64,000 bases of DNA from Podarcis vaucheri (lineage: Eukaryota), in NCBI GenBank assembly GCA_965113315.1, contig OZ220369.1. One strand, given 5' to 3'. Positions 24,119 through 38,364 of the stretch are shown piece after piece; position 1 is the stretch's first letter, and every line of letters begins with the position of its first letter. A program made the translations under genes and the position numbers. Under the pieces are notes generated by a model. The model searched no databases. It was given only the letters and a program-made list of their open reading frames with translations, and was not told the DNA's origin.

Positions 24119-27100
24119 CAAGTAAATAAATAAATCAATAAATCAATGAAGCAAAACTGAAGTCAACCCACCCCCACCCTTGGCTTAAGAGCAATGTTGG
24201 CATTCGATGCCAACTTTTCTTCCATGATTCCCTTTTTGGAATTAGATTCCTCTTCTCCAACATCTCCTGCCTTAAAGAACATTACAAATCATGTTGGATA
24301 GCATAGAGGAAGGCTTGAACGGTTAACTATTTATAGTATGATCCATACAGATGGAACCAATTCAGACATGAGTCATGCTGTGTCAAAGGCTGATACCTAT
24401 TTGTTAATTCCTCAGTCTTGACTTGGCCTGAAATGTAAAAAGTGGTGACTGATAGCTCCTTGAGATAAACACCTCAAGTCCGCATTTCAATTTAGCACCG
24501 ATAAGGCTGCTTTAATGTCACTAGCCTGGTGCAAAGCAGCTAATTAAGTTTCATTATTATGCAATGGGACTTGGCAATTGCGTGCAAATTGCTAATCTAA
24601 TATATTGCAGATGTGCAGGGGTCAACTCTGACAAGAATGGGATTGTGTGCTTCAAAAGCTGAATGCCTAAACTGGGTGTTATGCTAAATTTGGAAAATGT
24701 GGTAGTCTGGGGTATTTTGTGGCTCCTTAAATCATTCTTTATAGGATAAAAATCTTTTTGTCTTCTGAAAAGCCATGTTTTGAAGCTCAGTGGTGGTGAA
24801 TGCACCTATGCTTTAGCGAAATTTGTGTGAACTGCTTGTTCTAAAGGGTCTTTATTCACAACCCCCTTCCCCACAAAAATTTCTAGCTAGCCTACATTTG
24901 GCAGGGGGTATCTCTGGTCTGTTTGCTCAGAAATGAGCCAGTTTTTTTTATCCCTTCCCCAATCTAAATTTCAGGCTTTCTTCCTGGCGGCAACACTATC
25001 CTGGTTCTCATTTTATAGAGAACCAAACTGCAACATTTCTGTTTTAAAGTAACCCACTTTATTTTACCTTATTTGTGAGAATTTTCAGAGGTGTGGTAAT
25101 ATTGGTTTGGTGCAGCAAAAACTTACCACAGGTCTTTTTGCATCCTAAAGGCTAGCTAACATAATATGCAATAAGCAACCAATGATGTGGACCCCCAAAA
25201 AAGTTGATGCCACAATACGTTTGCTAGTTTTAAAGAAATCTCAAAACTCGTTCATGTTTGCAAGAGGATTGTGACAATTTATAAAAACACACACTAATGA
25301 ATTTCAGTTGAAGAATCTATTGCAAAGTAAATTTTGTATACTATAAAGTGGCTAAATAGTTTTGAAATTTTCTTCTGTGGTCTAAAATAGTCATTCATAG
25401 AGACCATAAAAGGGAGGACATTCAAGGTTAATTGATTTTACCAAAGGTCACACATGCAGTTTACAGTCTAATGAGCAATGGAACCCAGATTTTTCCCCAA
25501 ATTCCAGCCGGGTGTCAAGACCACCCTTTTTGCTATTGTTTTCTCATATTTGTGCTATGAAAAACATCTGGGAACAAAACATGATTCTAAAGAATCTTAA
25601 GTGGCTCTGTGTCAGTCATGTTTACTTTGTGCTAGAGGCATATTTTAAATTTAAAAGGAAGTACATTGGGCTGGATAAAACTAGAGCAATGCAGGCTTTA
25701 TGACTTTAAGATCCCAACTGCGCTATACATTTACAGTGGTCTCATACCATTTTAAAAAAATTGTGGCTTTCCCCAAGGACTCCTGGGAGCTGCAGTTGCT
25801 TAAGGGTGCTGAGAGTTGTTCTCAGGCCCCTATTCCCCTCAAACAGCTACAATTCCAAGAGTCCCCTGGGGTTGGTTTCTGAACCACTCTGCGAGTTGTT
25901 CTTACACCAAGAACTCTTCTTTATTCCCTCCCTCTCCTGTCATGACGCTTTGCTTTATATCCAACCTGATGAATGGTTCTGGAGGAATTTTCCAGTGGAT
26001 TTCCCATTACAAGGAGTTGCGTGTTCACTTGCTTTTAAATGAATAGTTAGATAACCACTGTTAGTTCTTGTGATGAGTTTTATAGCTGGATACTAATTTT
26101 GAGCACAGTTTCTGTCCCCGTTGCATTAGCTGGCCTTCTCTAATGGACTCGGTGGAAAGAAACCACTTGGGCTAACACTCTTGTTATCAGGATTAATCTA
26201 CTGCCTGGAAGTCATTGGAACCCTCTCATCTTGGCTCCAGAGTCCTTCCTGCTTTACCTCTATCTCCGTGGCCACCTTGTTGACATGAGCCTAACACTTA
26301 ATCCACTGGAGGAAATCTAGCCTGCGGCCTAGGCAGAGACGTCCCTAAGAGAGGGTAACCAGAGGGCAGCTGGGCTAGAGGTGAACCCTACTAGAACTTT
26401 TTTTTAAAAAAAGAAGTGACCCTCTGAACAGATCACTTGACGAAGAACCCTCAGGGTGATTTGTGCAATCGGACAATGTAACTGAAGGCAAGTAGCACCA
26501 GCAAGATGCTAATTTAATGGGAAGTTTGATTACAGTGTGATAGCAGCCAGCTAATTGTTTCCACCTCTTTATGTTCTTGGTATTCATTACACTCTACATA
26601 TTCGAAGGCATAAAGATCTGCTTCTGTACAGCCTTTTGGCCAAACAGTGAGACATCATGTTTCTTTTTATAGCTCTATAAACACTGCTCCCATAAACTCG
26701 CTTGCTCTCCCTAACTATCCAACTCAGCTTTCCAGGAGGCTTTTAAGTCTTTCTTTAACAGAGTAACCTTAGAGCCCTGGAATTAGACCGGAGGAGGGAG
26801 AAAGGGATGAAGCCTGGGAGAGGGGGGGGATATTTGTCCCCAAATGATTTCACTAAATCCCCGGTACCTTCTATGAACTGACTTATACTGAGTCAAGCCA
26901 ATGGCCCATTTAGCTCAGCATTGGTTATAATGACTGGAGTTGAGGGCTGGTCCATTAGCATGAATATGGCACTGCCCTACCAATCACAGTCTGCCCTCAG
27001 CCAGCCCCCACCTCCCTCCCTCCCTCCTCACAACCAGTCCAGGAGGTGGCACTGGCTGTCAGCCTCCGTCTCCATGTTGCCTTTGTAGGACTCAGCAAGG

Positions 27101-27204
27101 GAGGAGGATGGGAATAAACCAGACTAGTTGGGTCCACTTTCACTCTGGCTACTGTTGGCCTCCTTGCCTTCTTGCCCAATGGGCATCAGCTTCCATTGAC
27201 TAAC

Positions 27205-27370
27205 TGGCAGCTGCCTTACATGGACTATGGGTCCATCTAGCACGATATTGTCTACACTGACTGGCAGCAGCAGTCTGTGGTTTCAGGCAGGAAGTCTCTC
27301 CCCGCCCTGCCTGAAGATACCAGAGATTAAACTAACAACCTTCTGCCTGCAAAGCATATGCTCCACGGAA
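27205..27370 (-). mobile_element. Squam3-like SINE
   Basis: Homologous to other copies. Confidence 0.7.
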
Positions 27371-28743
27371 CTGGTTTTCAGCGGTACACCATCATTCAAC
27401 ATGGAGGATCAATATACAGTAGTCGTTATGACCAATAGACATTGACAAACTGATTGGTACTCTTCATCATCTTAATATGGGCAACTTCAAGGCCCACCAA
27501 CTCCCCTTTTCTTGGGGTTCTATCCAATGTTAGTTCTACTTAAAGAAATTCCATTGAAATTAAAGGTCTTGTGCAACAAACCCACTTTCTCCCAAAAAAA
27601 CCCATACTTTTTGTCATAAGGAAAATGCACTAGAAAATATGGGATAATACTTGTTGTGATGCAACATCATCTAACCTCCGTGCAGACAAATCAATGAATG
27701 CTAATTAAGTCACCAACTTCCCCTAATTTCCCTGAAAACAAATCAGGACAAATACTCAATAAACAAGTCACCTGGAAGATTCTGTCAGTTTCAGTTTCTC
27801 TCAGTTTCTCATTTTCCCACTCTTAAAATTCAGTTATCCACAATTCCAAATGAGTTCGCAATTTTAGATAAAAGATGGGGACAGTAAGTGTGTAAAATGT
27901 TACATTCAAGCAACCAGTGTAACCGTTAGAGGTCTTCCAGTGATTTACTGGAGAATTGTGTCATTAGCCTGTATTGTGTTTCTAAATGAATTTGGCCAAG
28001 CCAAGTAAAAACAAAACAAAACAAGAAAGCCATTAAGGCCTCACTATAAACCTGTAGCAGTCCTCGGGCAAAACAGAGTGCAGCAAATTATATGAAACAT
28101 ATCTCCCTTAACCACAGCTCTATTGAAACAATTTACTGGATGCCTGAATTGTCCTGCAGTGGCTCTGGATGACTGATTGAGGGGAGAAAGTCAACCCCTG
28201 ACAAGCAAACACACTTAATATTTTCCAAGCAGGTGAACCATGGAAAAATCAACATTCCCGCCAGGTAAAGATGGGGTGTCAAATTCTGGTGAGTTTTTGT
28301 TTTTCTTGGTTTTATCCCATTGGCTGGCGTGAGAGGAAATCCAGACCCCCAGACCCTTCTATTGGGTGTGCCATTTGAAACGATCACAGCAGGTTATTTT
28401 GGGGGAAGTTCAGAGATCAGCCAACATCTGGGGAGAGGAGAGCAATAGAATTTCCCAGGACAAACAAACACAATTGTTAAGCTGTGGGTCTGTCTGAAGG
28501 TTTGAGAGAGCTGGTAGAATTCAGCCTCATCATTCCAGACTACCTGAAACACATGTTTAATGCATTCCTATCTCCAACATTTGTACCTAATTAATACAGT
28601 GGGCATTATTTTCTCCTCCGAGCAACATTAGAATTGATTTGTGGGCCAGATCAAGAAGCCAGTAGAATAGGCTATATGTCTCAAGCAGTGATCAGTGAGA
28701 TGCTTTCCAGCTCTGGAAGGCAGCAGACATTCTTGATGAAGCT

Positions 28744-29269
28744 TGTTGACAACATCATCTGGTAATCCGAAGCACACTGGAATGATGGACAGAGTGGTTA
28801 GAGGGAGAAGAGGGAGCAGACTGGGAGGAGGTGGTGTTGGAAGCTGAAGAGGCAACAGGGTTTAGCGAGCAGGAAGAGGCTGTGGCAGAGAGCAGTCCAG
28901 AAGCAGAGGCAGAAGCAGAGGCTAGAGAGGAGTGGGACGAAGAGGCAGAGATCAGGCAGGCTGCTGAAGAAGCCAGGGAATTCCTCCTCCTCCTGTGACC
29001 AGCTCCCATCCTCCTGGTTTCCCAGAACCTGAAGAGGCAAAGACAGACAAGGCAGAGAAGTCTCAGGTTGCTTGGGAAGGACCCAAGGGAGGAGGAGACT
29101 TAGAGAGTTGTGCGACCACAGGGTCCCTGGACGTTTAACGGTCTATTGATCCCTGTGCCACCACTGTGCTCGCTTCCCCGCTGAGCTGTTTTGCTTCTTT
29201 GAATAAAGAGTTAACTTCGCCGACACCTTGTGAGTTATTGCTGATTTGATCCCAACTCCTGCCTTGACA
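28744..29269 (+). mobile_element. Probable solo LTR (Gypsy-like, purine-rich)
   Basis: GA-rich U3-like body, aataaa about 65 bp before a ...ttgaca end; 5' boundary and TSD uncertain. Confidence 0.6.
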
Positions 29270-32200
29270 ACTCCCATCAGCTGCATTTATAACATTTAGT
29301 GAGCATCAGGTTGGGGAAGGCAGCTCTAGAGCTATCCTACATTGTTGTTCCTGTTACCTGGTATTCAGAGGTACAGTGTCTCTGTACCTGTGATGGATGG
29401 CAGCCATTTGTAGACCTTGTACCTGCCGTACTGCTCTAAAACTATGTGGAAAAGAAAGGAAATACTTGCTGTCTACAAATTTATCAACTGGTGGCTTGAA
29501 AGACTTGAAAGGAATTTCTGTAAAAACAACACAGTGGCATGCCGATCCAACTATTTTCAATGAGGTGGAAAGAAAAGTCAGAAACATGAAAAGATGTTTC
29601 TTCAGAGTTGTTTCTTTTATCATGGCGGTATTTTGATTTCATAAATTATAACTGAAATTAGGCATATCCTGGTGTGTGTGTGTGTGTGGAATAAGCATGC
29701 TTTCTCTTCATTTCGAAGTTCCTCATTTCCAGAGTTGGGAGTTCAACCACACTGGGAGAACCCTCCCCATCCGCTCCAGCTTCCTAACAAGTTGGTTTCT
29801 CTTGCCTTGATCCGAGCTGTCAGTGGAGTGGGAATGAAAATCACCATATTGCCCCTTCTGCTTCTCTCTCCTCACAGACTCCAGAAACTCTGCTCAGATC
29901 CTCCATTTCAAACAAACCCGAAAATGTTCCAACCTGCAAAATAATCTTGGGCCAACTGTCATAACACCACGTTTGCCATGTACAGCTAATAAATCATCCT
30001 AAATGGCTGGTTTAATGGTCCAGGACTTGACTGTGCCAGGATTAAAAGGGCATACCCAAACAAAGAGTTTCTGTGGCAGTAAGGCATGGTGTGGCATGGC
30101 GATCCCATGAGGATGCAGTGTATCCTCTGTGATATTCTGGTAAACTTCAGCTCTGTCGATTGCCAGCCAGGAAGTCAAATAGAATTCCCATCTCATGACC
30201 CTCATCCGTCCATCTCCTGTGATGGTGTGCTCATACTGGAAATGTAAAAATGTGCTCAATCCGAGAAATGATCGTGTTGGCTCAGTGTTACTTCTACTTT
30301 GAGTGGAAATTGTGTGGAAAGTTGAATCCAGGGCTGGCCTAAGATTTTTTGCCACCCAAAGTGGAAGAGTCAATGTTACCTTCCTTCCCACTAACCAACC
30401 CAGGGCTAATTCCATTGGGAAATTGTCTTGTGAAAGCCCCATTGAAATCAACAGCTGTGGGTGGGTGTGAGTGCCCAAAAGCAAAAACAATAAACCAATT
30501 TCTTTTCTTCATCTGAATTTCCAAAGAAGGTGTTTCCATCATTCCTGACATTTGGCCATGCTTTTTGGGCTGATGGAGTCAAACAGCATCTGGAGGGCAT
30601 CCCATTGGCTACCCCTGATGTGAGTGATCCAATGAAATTCCCCTACTTAAACCTGCTAGGACACAGGTGGGTTAGAAGGCATTCAATCAAAGACCAAAAA
30701 GCAGATATCACCAGTTATTATTCCAAAGACCAATCAGGGCAGAGTGGGTCAGAGCAGTGTAGAGAAGGTACCTTCTTATCCTGTATTAAGGCACTGCAGG
30801 CTTTATCCTGAAGTCTGCATTAAGAGTCACATTGACTCTGTTGTCTGTCTCATGTTGGATTTTTGGTACTTACTGCACTCCATAAAAGCTGCAACACCTT
30901 GAAAAATGGTAGGAGCCCCCATTTTGGTGGGACCACACAACTTCACAAGCCCCTTCCTCAGCTTGGCTTCCATACGTCTAACATAAACGCCCGTTGCTTG
31001 AGAAGTTTCTGTGGAACGTCACACACAAGTAAGCTGTCTCTCAGCAGGAAGCCATGCGAGTCTTCATGCTCCCTTTTCCTTCATCAGATGATGTTTATGA
31101 TGTTGCAAGCACATGCTCCATTAATGCTCCAATGACTCCTTCATTTGCTGACAATTTCTCAAACAAATGTGAAGAAGGGGTGGGTGGGTTTTTCATATAT
31201 ACCTTTGGCTCTTCCCCAGCTAAAATGAGACTGAGGGAAAGATAGGAGAATGCATTTGTTTGATTTCACTGCTGTGACAGATGCCTTTAGATGTGTTTCA
31301 CTTCAGTGTATTATTTGGGGAGGACTCCAAGCCGAAAGGCAGAACATGGGCCAAAGCTCAATCATAGGGTTGGAAAAGTCCCCTGTATGAAAATCTGAAG
31401 AGTAACTGTAGACCTATAATAGCCAACACAATCTCTTTCAGATAGCATTATAATCTTTCATATTTTAATACTAAACTCCCCAATTAGCACTTCCTGAAAC
31501 AATAAGTAAATTGAAACAGTTATCCTTCAGAATTTACACTTCTCCAAATTTTGCAATGCAGGTTTCCAACCAAATAATGTGCAGAAAAATGTGTATATTA
31601 GGGGGAGGTGCATGAAAAAGAGTATATTAGTGAAAACAGCATACACAAATGCATTATGTCAGGGAAGATTCCTTGGGAAATTTGTGTACTGAGGAAATTG
31701 CAGCACTAGCTAGGGAAATAGGGATGTTCCAGGATCAAATCAAAAGCTGGGCTGGGTTTTGTAATTTCTGGACAGTATCTGGAAAATCAGGACACTTGGA
31801 GTGTATGGGTCCATGGTGCAGAAATTGCTTACCACTGTCATAAACTCAATCCAATGTCCTTCCTCTCAGCCCAACTTCTGCAATATTAGGACAATGTATT
31901 ACTATTAAATATCCTGTAATATCTCAGGTATTGAGTGCTGCTCGTGAGGATCAAATTGGAGGACCATCCACACCACCTTGAGTTCTTTAGAAAATAGGAA
32001 GACCCTGGTTCACTTAGCTCAGAATTGCTGACACTGACTGGCAGCAGCTGTCTTGTGTTTCAGGAGAGGCGATATTCCTGGCCTTACCTGAAGATGCCAT
32101 GGAGTGAACCTGGGATGTTCTGCACACAAAGCAGAGTGGTTTAACAATCAACCCCTCTTCAAGGGGAACTCTGGGAATTGTAGCTCTTGGATGGGAATAG

Positions 32201-33072
32201 GGGGTTTCCTAACAACTCTCAGCACCCTTAACAAACCACAGGTCCCAGGATTCTTTGGTGGAAGTCGTGAAGGTTGAAAGTGGTATCATAGTGCTTTAAA
32301 TGTATGGTGTGAATGTGGCCTCAGTATCATTCTCTCCCTGCTCACTCTTGCACACACATAAACATGCCCTCCCACTGCCACCAATTTCTTTTAAGGAGTG
32401 GGGGGTAGGGTGGGGAATGAAGGTTGTCCTTGTAAACAGGGGCCATAGTTTAATTTCAGATACGGTTACTCCACCTTGTGCAAGTGATTTGGTTTGACAC
32501 CACCCCAGCCTAGCCACACACAAAAAGCTCTTTATTAGTCTCTCGCCGAGGAGCCTGAAGGATTTCTTGCTTCTCCGAAAATGACATTTCTCCTCCCTTC
32601 AACACACATGCACTTTTCCCCCCTTCCCCTCAAATCACCTGAACACTGGCTGGAAAGCCACATCACGCAAAGGTCCCATGTGAAGTGGGGGCCAAAGCAT
32701 TTCAGCATCTGCTAATAACCCCCAAACTGAAGCACCAGTGTGCCTGAAAAAAAAAGTTGTATTTAAAAGACTGCAGCTGCAGCAGCTCATATTTCAGCCA
32801 GCCACCAATTTCCTTTTCCCCCTGACAAACAGGCCTCAGAAAAGCACACAGGCCAGAAATTCTCCACGTTAGCGAAACATTTCCTCTTTCTCATTCTCCT
32901 CTCCATTAGCATTATTACATTGCTCCTGGGGAGAGAGAGAGAGACCTGATTTTTCCAGCCTGTTCTGAGTATTTTACTCTTTTATTTTCAGGACTGGTGT
33001 TCAAAGAGGCTCAGGAGACATTGCCGGGAACAGGAAAAGGAGAAAAAATTCTCAGAGATGGAGGCGACATGA

Positions 33073-33370
33073 GCCACATTCACACCATACTTTAAAAAAG
33101 CACTATTATACCACTTGAAACCAGCATAGCTAACCCCAAAGAATTATGGGAGCTGTAGTTTGTGAAGGGTACTGAGAGTTGTTAGGACACCCCTATTGCC
33201 CCTCAGAAACTGACAATTCCTAGAATCGCATGTGAAGAAAAATTAATTGTTAAATCGCTCTAGAAATTCCAGCTTTGCTAACGACTCTCAGCACTTGTAA
33301 CAAACTATGACTCCCATAATTCTTTGGGGTGTTTTTATCATAGTGCTTTAAATGTAGTGTGAATGGGACC
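33073..33370. mobile_element. PIF/Harbinger-like fold-back MITE
   Basis: Termini gccacattcacac / gtgtgaatgggacc with long internal inverted arms; related pieces at about 25710-25900, 32150-32325, 38000-38160 and 62375-62530. Confidence 0.65.
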
Positions 33371-33959
33371 ATGAGCTACAACACTGTTGTTGTTGTTTTA
33401 ATGAATATCATCTTCCTTTTAAAACCATCTCTGTTGGGTTGGTTGTTTTTTTTAAGTACTAGTAGTTCCAAATTAGTGTGAATTTATGAATGCAAAGAAG
33501 GATGTGCTTGCAACTAAAAGTGGTTCATTGGGTGGGGCAGAGTTACTGCACTAATTTCCCAGCAGGTGTGGAGCTGCACCTTACCAAGAGGCAGAGTAGC
33601 AAGGCAGCACAGTGCAAACACACCAATGGAGCCAATTCAGTGTTCCTGCCAATGTGTTTGCACCACACCCACTCAGAGAGAGTGGTGTTATGCCTCTGAA
33701 AGTGTTGGGAGAACATAGCCTTATCCTCTATGAATTTGTCTCAATCTCTACGCTAGCTGATGACCATCACTACATTTTGCAGGAGCGAATTTTACAGTTT
33801 ACCTATGTGAATAAGTGCTTCCTTTTGAGCAGTATGATTCTGAAAGCTAGTTACTAGAAACCACAAATGTGGAGAGTGATGTTCCACTCAGGTCCTGCTT
33901 GTGGGCTTCCCATGGGCATGTAGTTAGCCACTGTGAGAATAGGTCCCAGCTTCAGTCTC

Positions 33960-34092
33960 TTACATCTATGGTTAAGGGTGGGAAGGTCTCCTGTCCGAAA
34001 CCCTGGAGAGCCACTGCCAGTCAGAGCAGACAGTATCAAACTAGATGGACCCATGGTCTGACGATATAAGGTAGCTCCCAACCTTTCCTAAT
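33960..34092 (+). mobile_element. Squam3-like SINE (3' part)
   Basis: gaaaccctggagagccactgccagtcagagcagacagtatc...ctagatggacccatggtctgac. Confidence 0.7.
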
Positions 34093-35714
34093 GTTGACGT
34101 TCTTCAGTGTCCTCCTTCTCCCCAAGGATCTCTAGAAGATAAATATCTTGGTGAGTGGGTGGGTCTTGTCTCTAAACAATTGTGGATGAACATTAAGGGT
34201 AGTAGAGCACCTACTCTGACATGTGTGGCACCTCTGTGAGATTTGTGACATTTCACACCTTGGTGAGATTAATGCGCATAAGGGATGCCCCTCCACGTGG
34301 CAAAGAAGCTTTGTACTGTACTTGCTTCCTAGCCCACACTGGAAGTTCAGTAAATGTTCACTGAAAATACACGTGCAAATAAAATAAATAAATCCAGAAG
34401 CAGCTAAAGTTCCTGAGACAGATATCGTTCCCTTAGACAATTTGGTTAATTCTTTGATTATATCAGGGAAACATAAGCCGTTCACTTGCTGATTGAATCC
34501 AGGCAAAGCTCTCTCCACAAAACCCTTGACTCATTTTTAAATTGCCATTAAGCTTACATTTAAGCACATGCCGCAGAACTCAATACTCATCCCTCCCCCT
34601 TGACAGCTTTCCACCCCCAGTGACATGGCCAGTGACAAGGCCTTTCTTCAGGAAAGAGTGTCTATTCCCAGGCATATGTACCATATTTAGCAACCCCTCA
34701 TCATCCATTTAGTCGGCACCGGATCCATCATTTCTGCCAAGTTTGGGTTCCCTCGCCCTCTCCATTGCATGCAGTTCACAGGGCAAGTGTGCCTCCTGAT
34801 ATTCATGATGATGACCAGATCCGTTCTTATAAGCTGAGAATCATGTCATTGTGGTTAGTGGTTCCACCGTCAGTGGCAGCATTGAATATGCCAGCTTTTC
34901 TCAACAGAACCTTTGTGTCAGAGCTGTCTGCAGCAACTAATGGTGACTCTGAAGTTTTGGTACTTCTGGTTCGGGACTGAAGACTGCATTGGACCTCAGA
35001 TCATTAATTGGGGACCATAGTTTGTTTCTAGAGGGGGAGCATGCAGTGATCTGTTGCAGTGAAAGCAACAAATAGTACCATTTATAGAACAGAGGTAGAG
35101 AACCTACTTCAGCCTAACGGTCAAATTCCCTTCTGAGTAATTTTCAGAGGTCCACATGCAAGTGGTATGTGTGGCCAAGGCCGAAGTGGACAGAATAACT
35201 GAGGTGGAAATGGGGCGCACTGAATTTTAGATAGAATAAGTGAGAACCTAAAAGCAACCAAAATACTCAATCATCCATCCGTATCCCAGAGTGGCCCCTG
35301 ACCAACGTTAAGTGAAGGAGCATTTAAGGTCTCAAACATAGGGCAAAGGATGCTGAGAAACCATAACGTAAACTCACCAAACAGAATCTCAACAAGTCCC
35401 TTGTTGGGGGGAAAGGGAACGAAATAGTGGTCACCTCCAAACATTTATTTCTGAGAAGCAGGGGATTCCAGTGCCTACCAGGAAATTTAGGTTTCTGCAG
35501 TAGTGGTCAGCTGCTGTAGCACATTAGTATCATTTTTTTAAAAAGGAATGGACTAGCAAAGTGATGGGGACATGCACTGGAAAATGTGTGGAACGAACAA
35601 ATGATTTATGGGAACATGTCTAAATACCCTGCAAGCAAATCCTGTAATCCCTCTGAAAACAAATAAGAAGAAACACTCAGTAGAAAATGGACACAATATA
35701 ACCTCCACGTAAAC

Positions 35715-36065
35715 TCTTGAGGGTCCCATGGACTGCAAGAAGATCAAACCTATCCATGCTTAAGGAAATCAGCCCTGAGTGCTCACTGGAAGGACAGATC
35801 CTGAAGCTGAGGCTCCAATACTTTGGCCAACTCATGAGAAGAGAAGACTCCCTTGAAAAGACCATGATGTTGGGAAAGATGGAGGGCACAAGGAGAAGGG
35901 GTTGACAGGGGATCAGATGGTTGGACAGTGTTCTCGAAGCTACCAGCATGAGTTTGACTAAACTGCGGAAGGCGGTGGAAGACAGAAGTGCCTGGCGTGC
36001 TCTGGTCCATGGGGTCAAGAAGAGTCAGACACGACTAAACGACTAAACAACAACAACAACAACAA
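35715..36065 (+). mobile_element. RTE-BovB LINE, 5'-truncated
   Basis: ORF RVPWTARRSNLSMLKEISPECSLEGQILKLRLQYFGQLMRREDSLEKTMMLGKMEG is the BovB C-terminus; ends cgactaaacgactaaac(aac)n. Confidence 0.95.
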
Positions 36066-38364
36066 ACTTAATGCAAGAAATTCAGGATGAATGCCCGATA
36101 AATAGGAGCCCAGAATCTTGCCTATAAAGTGGAGCACAATCCTTACTGAAATCAGGCACGCCGTTTTCACTGCCATTTGCCTTTGTTCAGGGAAATGCAG
36201 CTGAGGGGAGGTAGAGTTAAGGGGACTCACACAGAACACTTCTCCCTAGAGCTCTCCTCCCTCCTGAAATGAGAGCGGCAGATGGATTAAAGGTGAGGGG
36301 TGCTCATTGCTGGATGTGTTCCTAATGATACAGGACATAGCGGCGGCAGCCAGAGGGAGCATTAAGGGCTGAACGGCTGAAAGCCTCCGTTGCTGAGGTT
36401 AATTTGGTTGACATTCTCCAGAACCTGCCATCTCCAGGAGTAATGGGATGCATAGCAGTAGCGCTGGCTATTAACTTCAAATTTAGAGGTTTCACCTTTT
36501 CTTCTTCTTCTTCATTCTGCCCGATGACAAATCCTACATCTACAGAAGGGATTGAAAGGGCTGTTTGTTTTTTCAGCTGACTTGTTGGAACTGAGCACGT
36601 CTGTTGGATGCACCATAAATGGCTGAGGTTTATGAACTGCAAAATACTGAGGAAGTTTTCCAGGAAACCATGTTAAAAAAATAATAATAATCCGTAGGCT
36701 TGACAATCTACCTGAAAAATAAAATATTACTATTTGGAGGGAGATAGCTACATGCAAGATTTGCGCTACATTCTGTAACTGGTAACCAAAGAACTGGCTA
36801 TTGGATTCAAACTGATATGTGAAATTAAATGCACCCTTCACCACACACGTACATTGCCCCCTCATTGCCTCTTGTTGAAATCTTTAACAGCAGCCTGATA
36901 CAGGTGTAGTATTTCCAGGCATAGAGATATATGTTAGGAAAAGCTTCAGGTGCATAACTGATCTTCATCGATCAACTCCGGCTGCTGTTTCTCAGCCTAC
37001 TCCACATGTACCCCGTTTCATCCAAAACCTCACATGCTACCTGTGGTCTCCCTTTCATATCTTACTTTCCTTACTGCTGGAAGTTTCACTTCCAGCCAAA
37101 CTGACAACTTTCCCATGCTTCATTCAAACGGAGCTGTGCATTTTCTGGTCCTGTAAGCTTTGTTCCCTAAGCTGATGACATCACAGCAGCACAGCCAATC
37201 AGAGATTTTGCTGCCAGAAGCACAATTATTTACAGGCAACTTCCTACTATCTGAATGCCTTGTTTAATTTTTTCTTAGATCCAAAAGAAATTAATTTCAC
37301 TAATTCATCCTTAGCAGGGGGAAGCCCTCTGCACTAAAGTGTCTTGCGTAGGCTGGGACAAAGATGTAGTTGAGCACTAGGACTCAATCAGAATAATGCA
37401 GGTGCATTGCATAGGAGTGCAGTGGCCTTTTAAGCTTCATATGAAGCATCCATTCTGGGTGGGCAACTTTCTTTTCCTTTTGGCCCCCAGGGATGGGAAA
37501 ATAAGCCCAGGATGGTTCTCCCTAAGGGTTTGTCTTTAACTGCACACATCTGGCTTTCATAGCTGGAGAAATAAATATCAGACCTAATTAATCCTCCGTG
37601 GCTCCCTAGCCCTTGAACAAAGCAGCTTCTAATTACAGTTTCAACCAGGCATGGTGACAGAACAAGCTTGCTATGGCCGTACTCTTGATTTTGAAGTAGT
37701 ATATTTCATGCCTGGAAACATAAAGGGGGAAAAGAAAAGAAGAGGAAGCTCTGAAGGTGGGATGGAACTGGGCAGAAGAACATGGAATAAAATGTCAAAC
37801 TAAATGACTAAAGACAATCAACCAAATACTGAAAAATTCTGATCAGGTATTTTAAAGGGAAGGAAATATTTTGGAGTGGCAGGACAATGTCAAGGGTTGC
37901 TCCCAACTAAGTACTACTCAAAGCAGACCCACTGAAATTAATGGACATGTCTAACTCGTATCCATTCATGTCAATGGGTTTCCTCCAAGTAGCACTAAGG
38001 TCATGTGCACACCATATATTTAAACCGCTATGATACCACTTTAATCAGCCATGGCTTCCCCCAAAGAATTCTGGGAGCTGTAGTTTAAGATTCCCTCACA
38101 CAACTACAGTTCTCAAAGTGGTTAAATAGTCCATTCCTCTTCTAACAGAACCCTGTGACTTTCTTTGTAAATACATGCCACTTCACAATAATTAGTCATG
38201 ATCAGGGTTGTCACCCAATTACAGGAATTCTGTTTGATGAGTTTTGGTCGATTAAATATGCTTACCTTTGCATATAGGTAAACTCAATAGTTCTGAAGCA
38301 AGACGTGTGCTGCCTTTGTCTTCAGATAGCGCCTTGTTGCAGGCATCATCTTGGCAGTGTGTTG

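Noticed and set aside
25090-25260. Penelope-like retroelement remnant
   Set aside because: The resemblance is too degenerate to support without an alignment.
29999-30490. 163-aa minus-strand ORF
   Set aside because: No recognisable domain, a non-ATG start, and partial overlap with repeat-like sequence.
32980-33090. Coding exon after a strong acceptor (ttttattttcag|gactggtg; GLVFKEAQETLPG...)
   Set aside because: No donor is found; the frame runs into a MITE and stops, and I recognise no homology.
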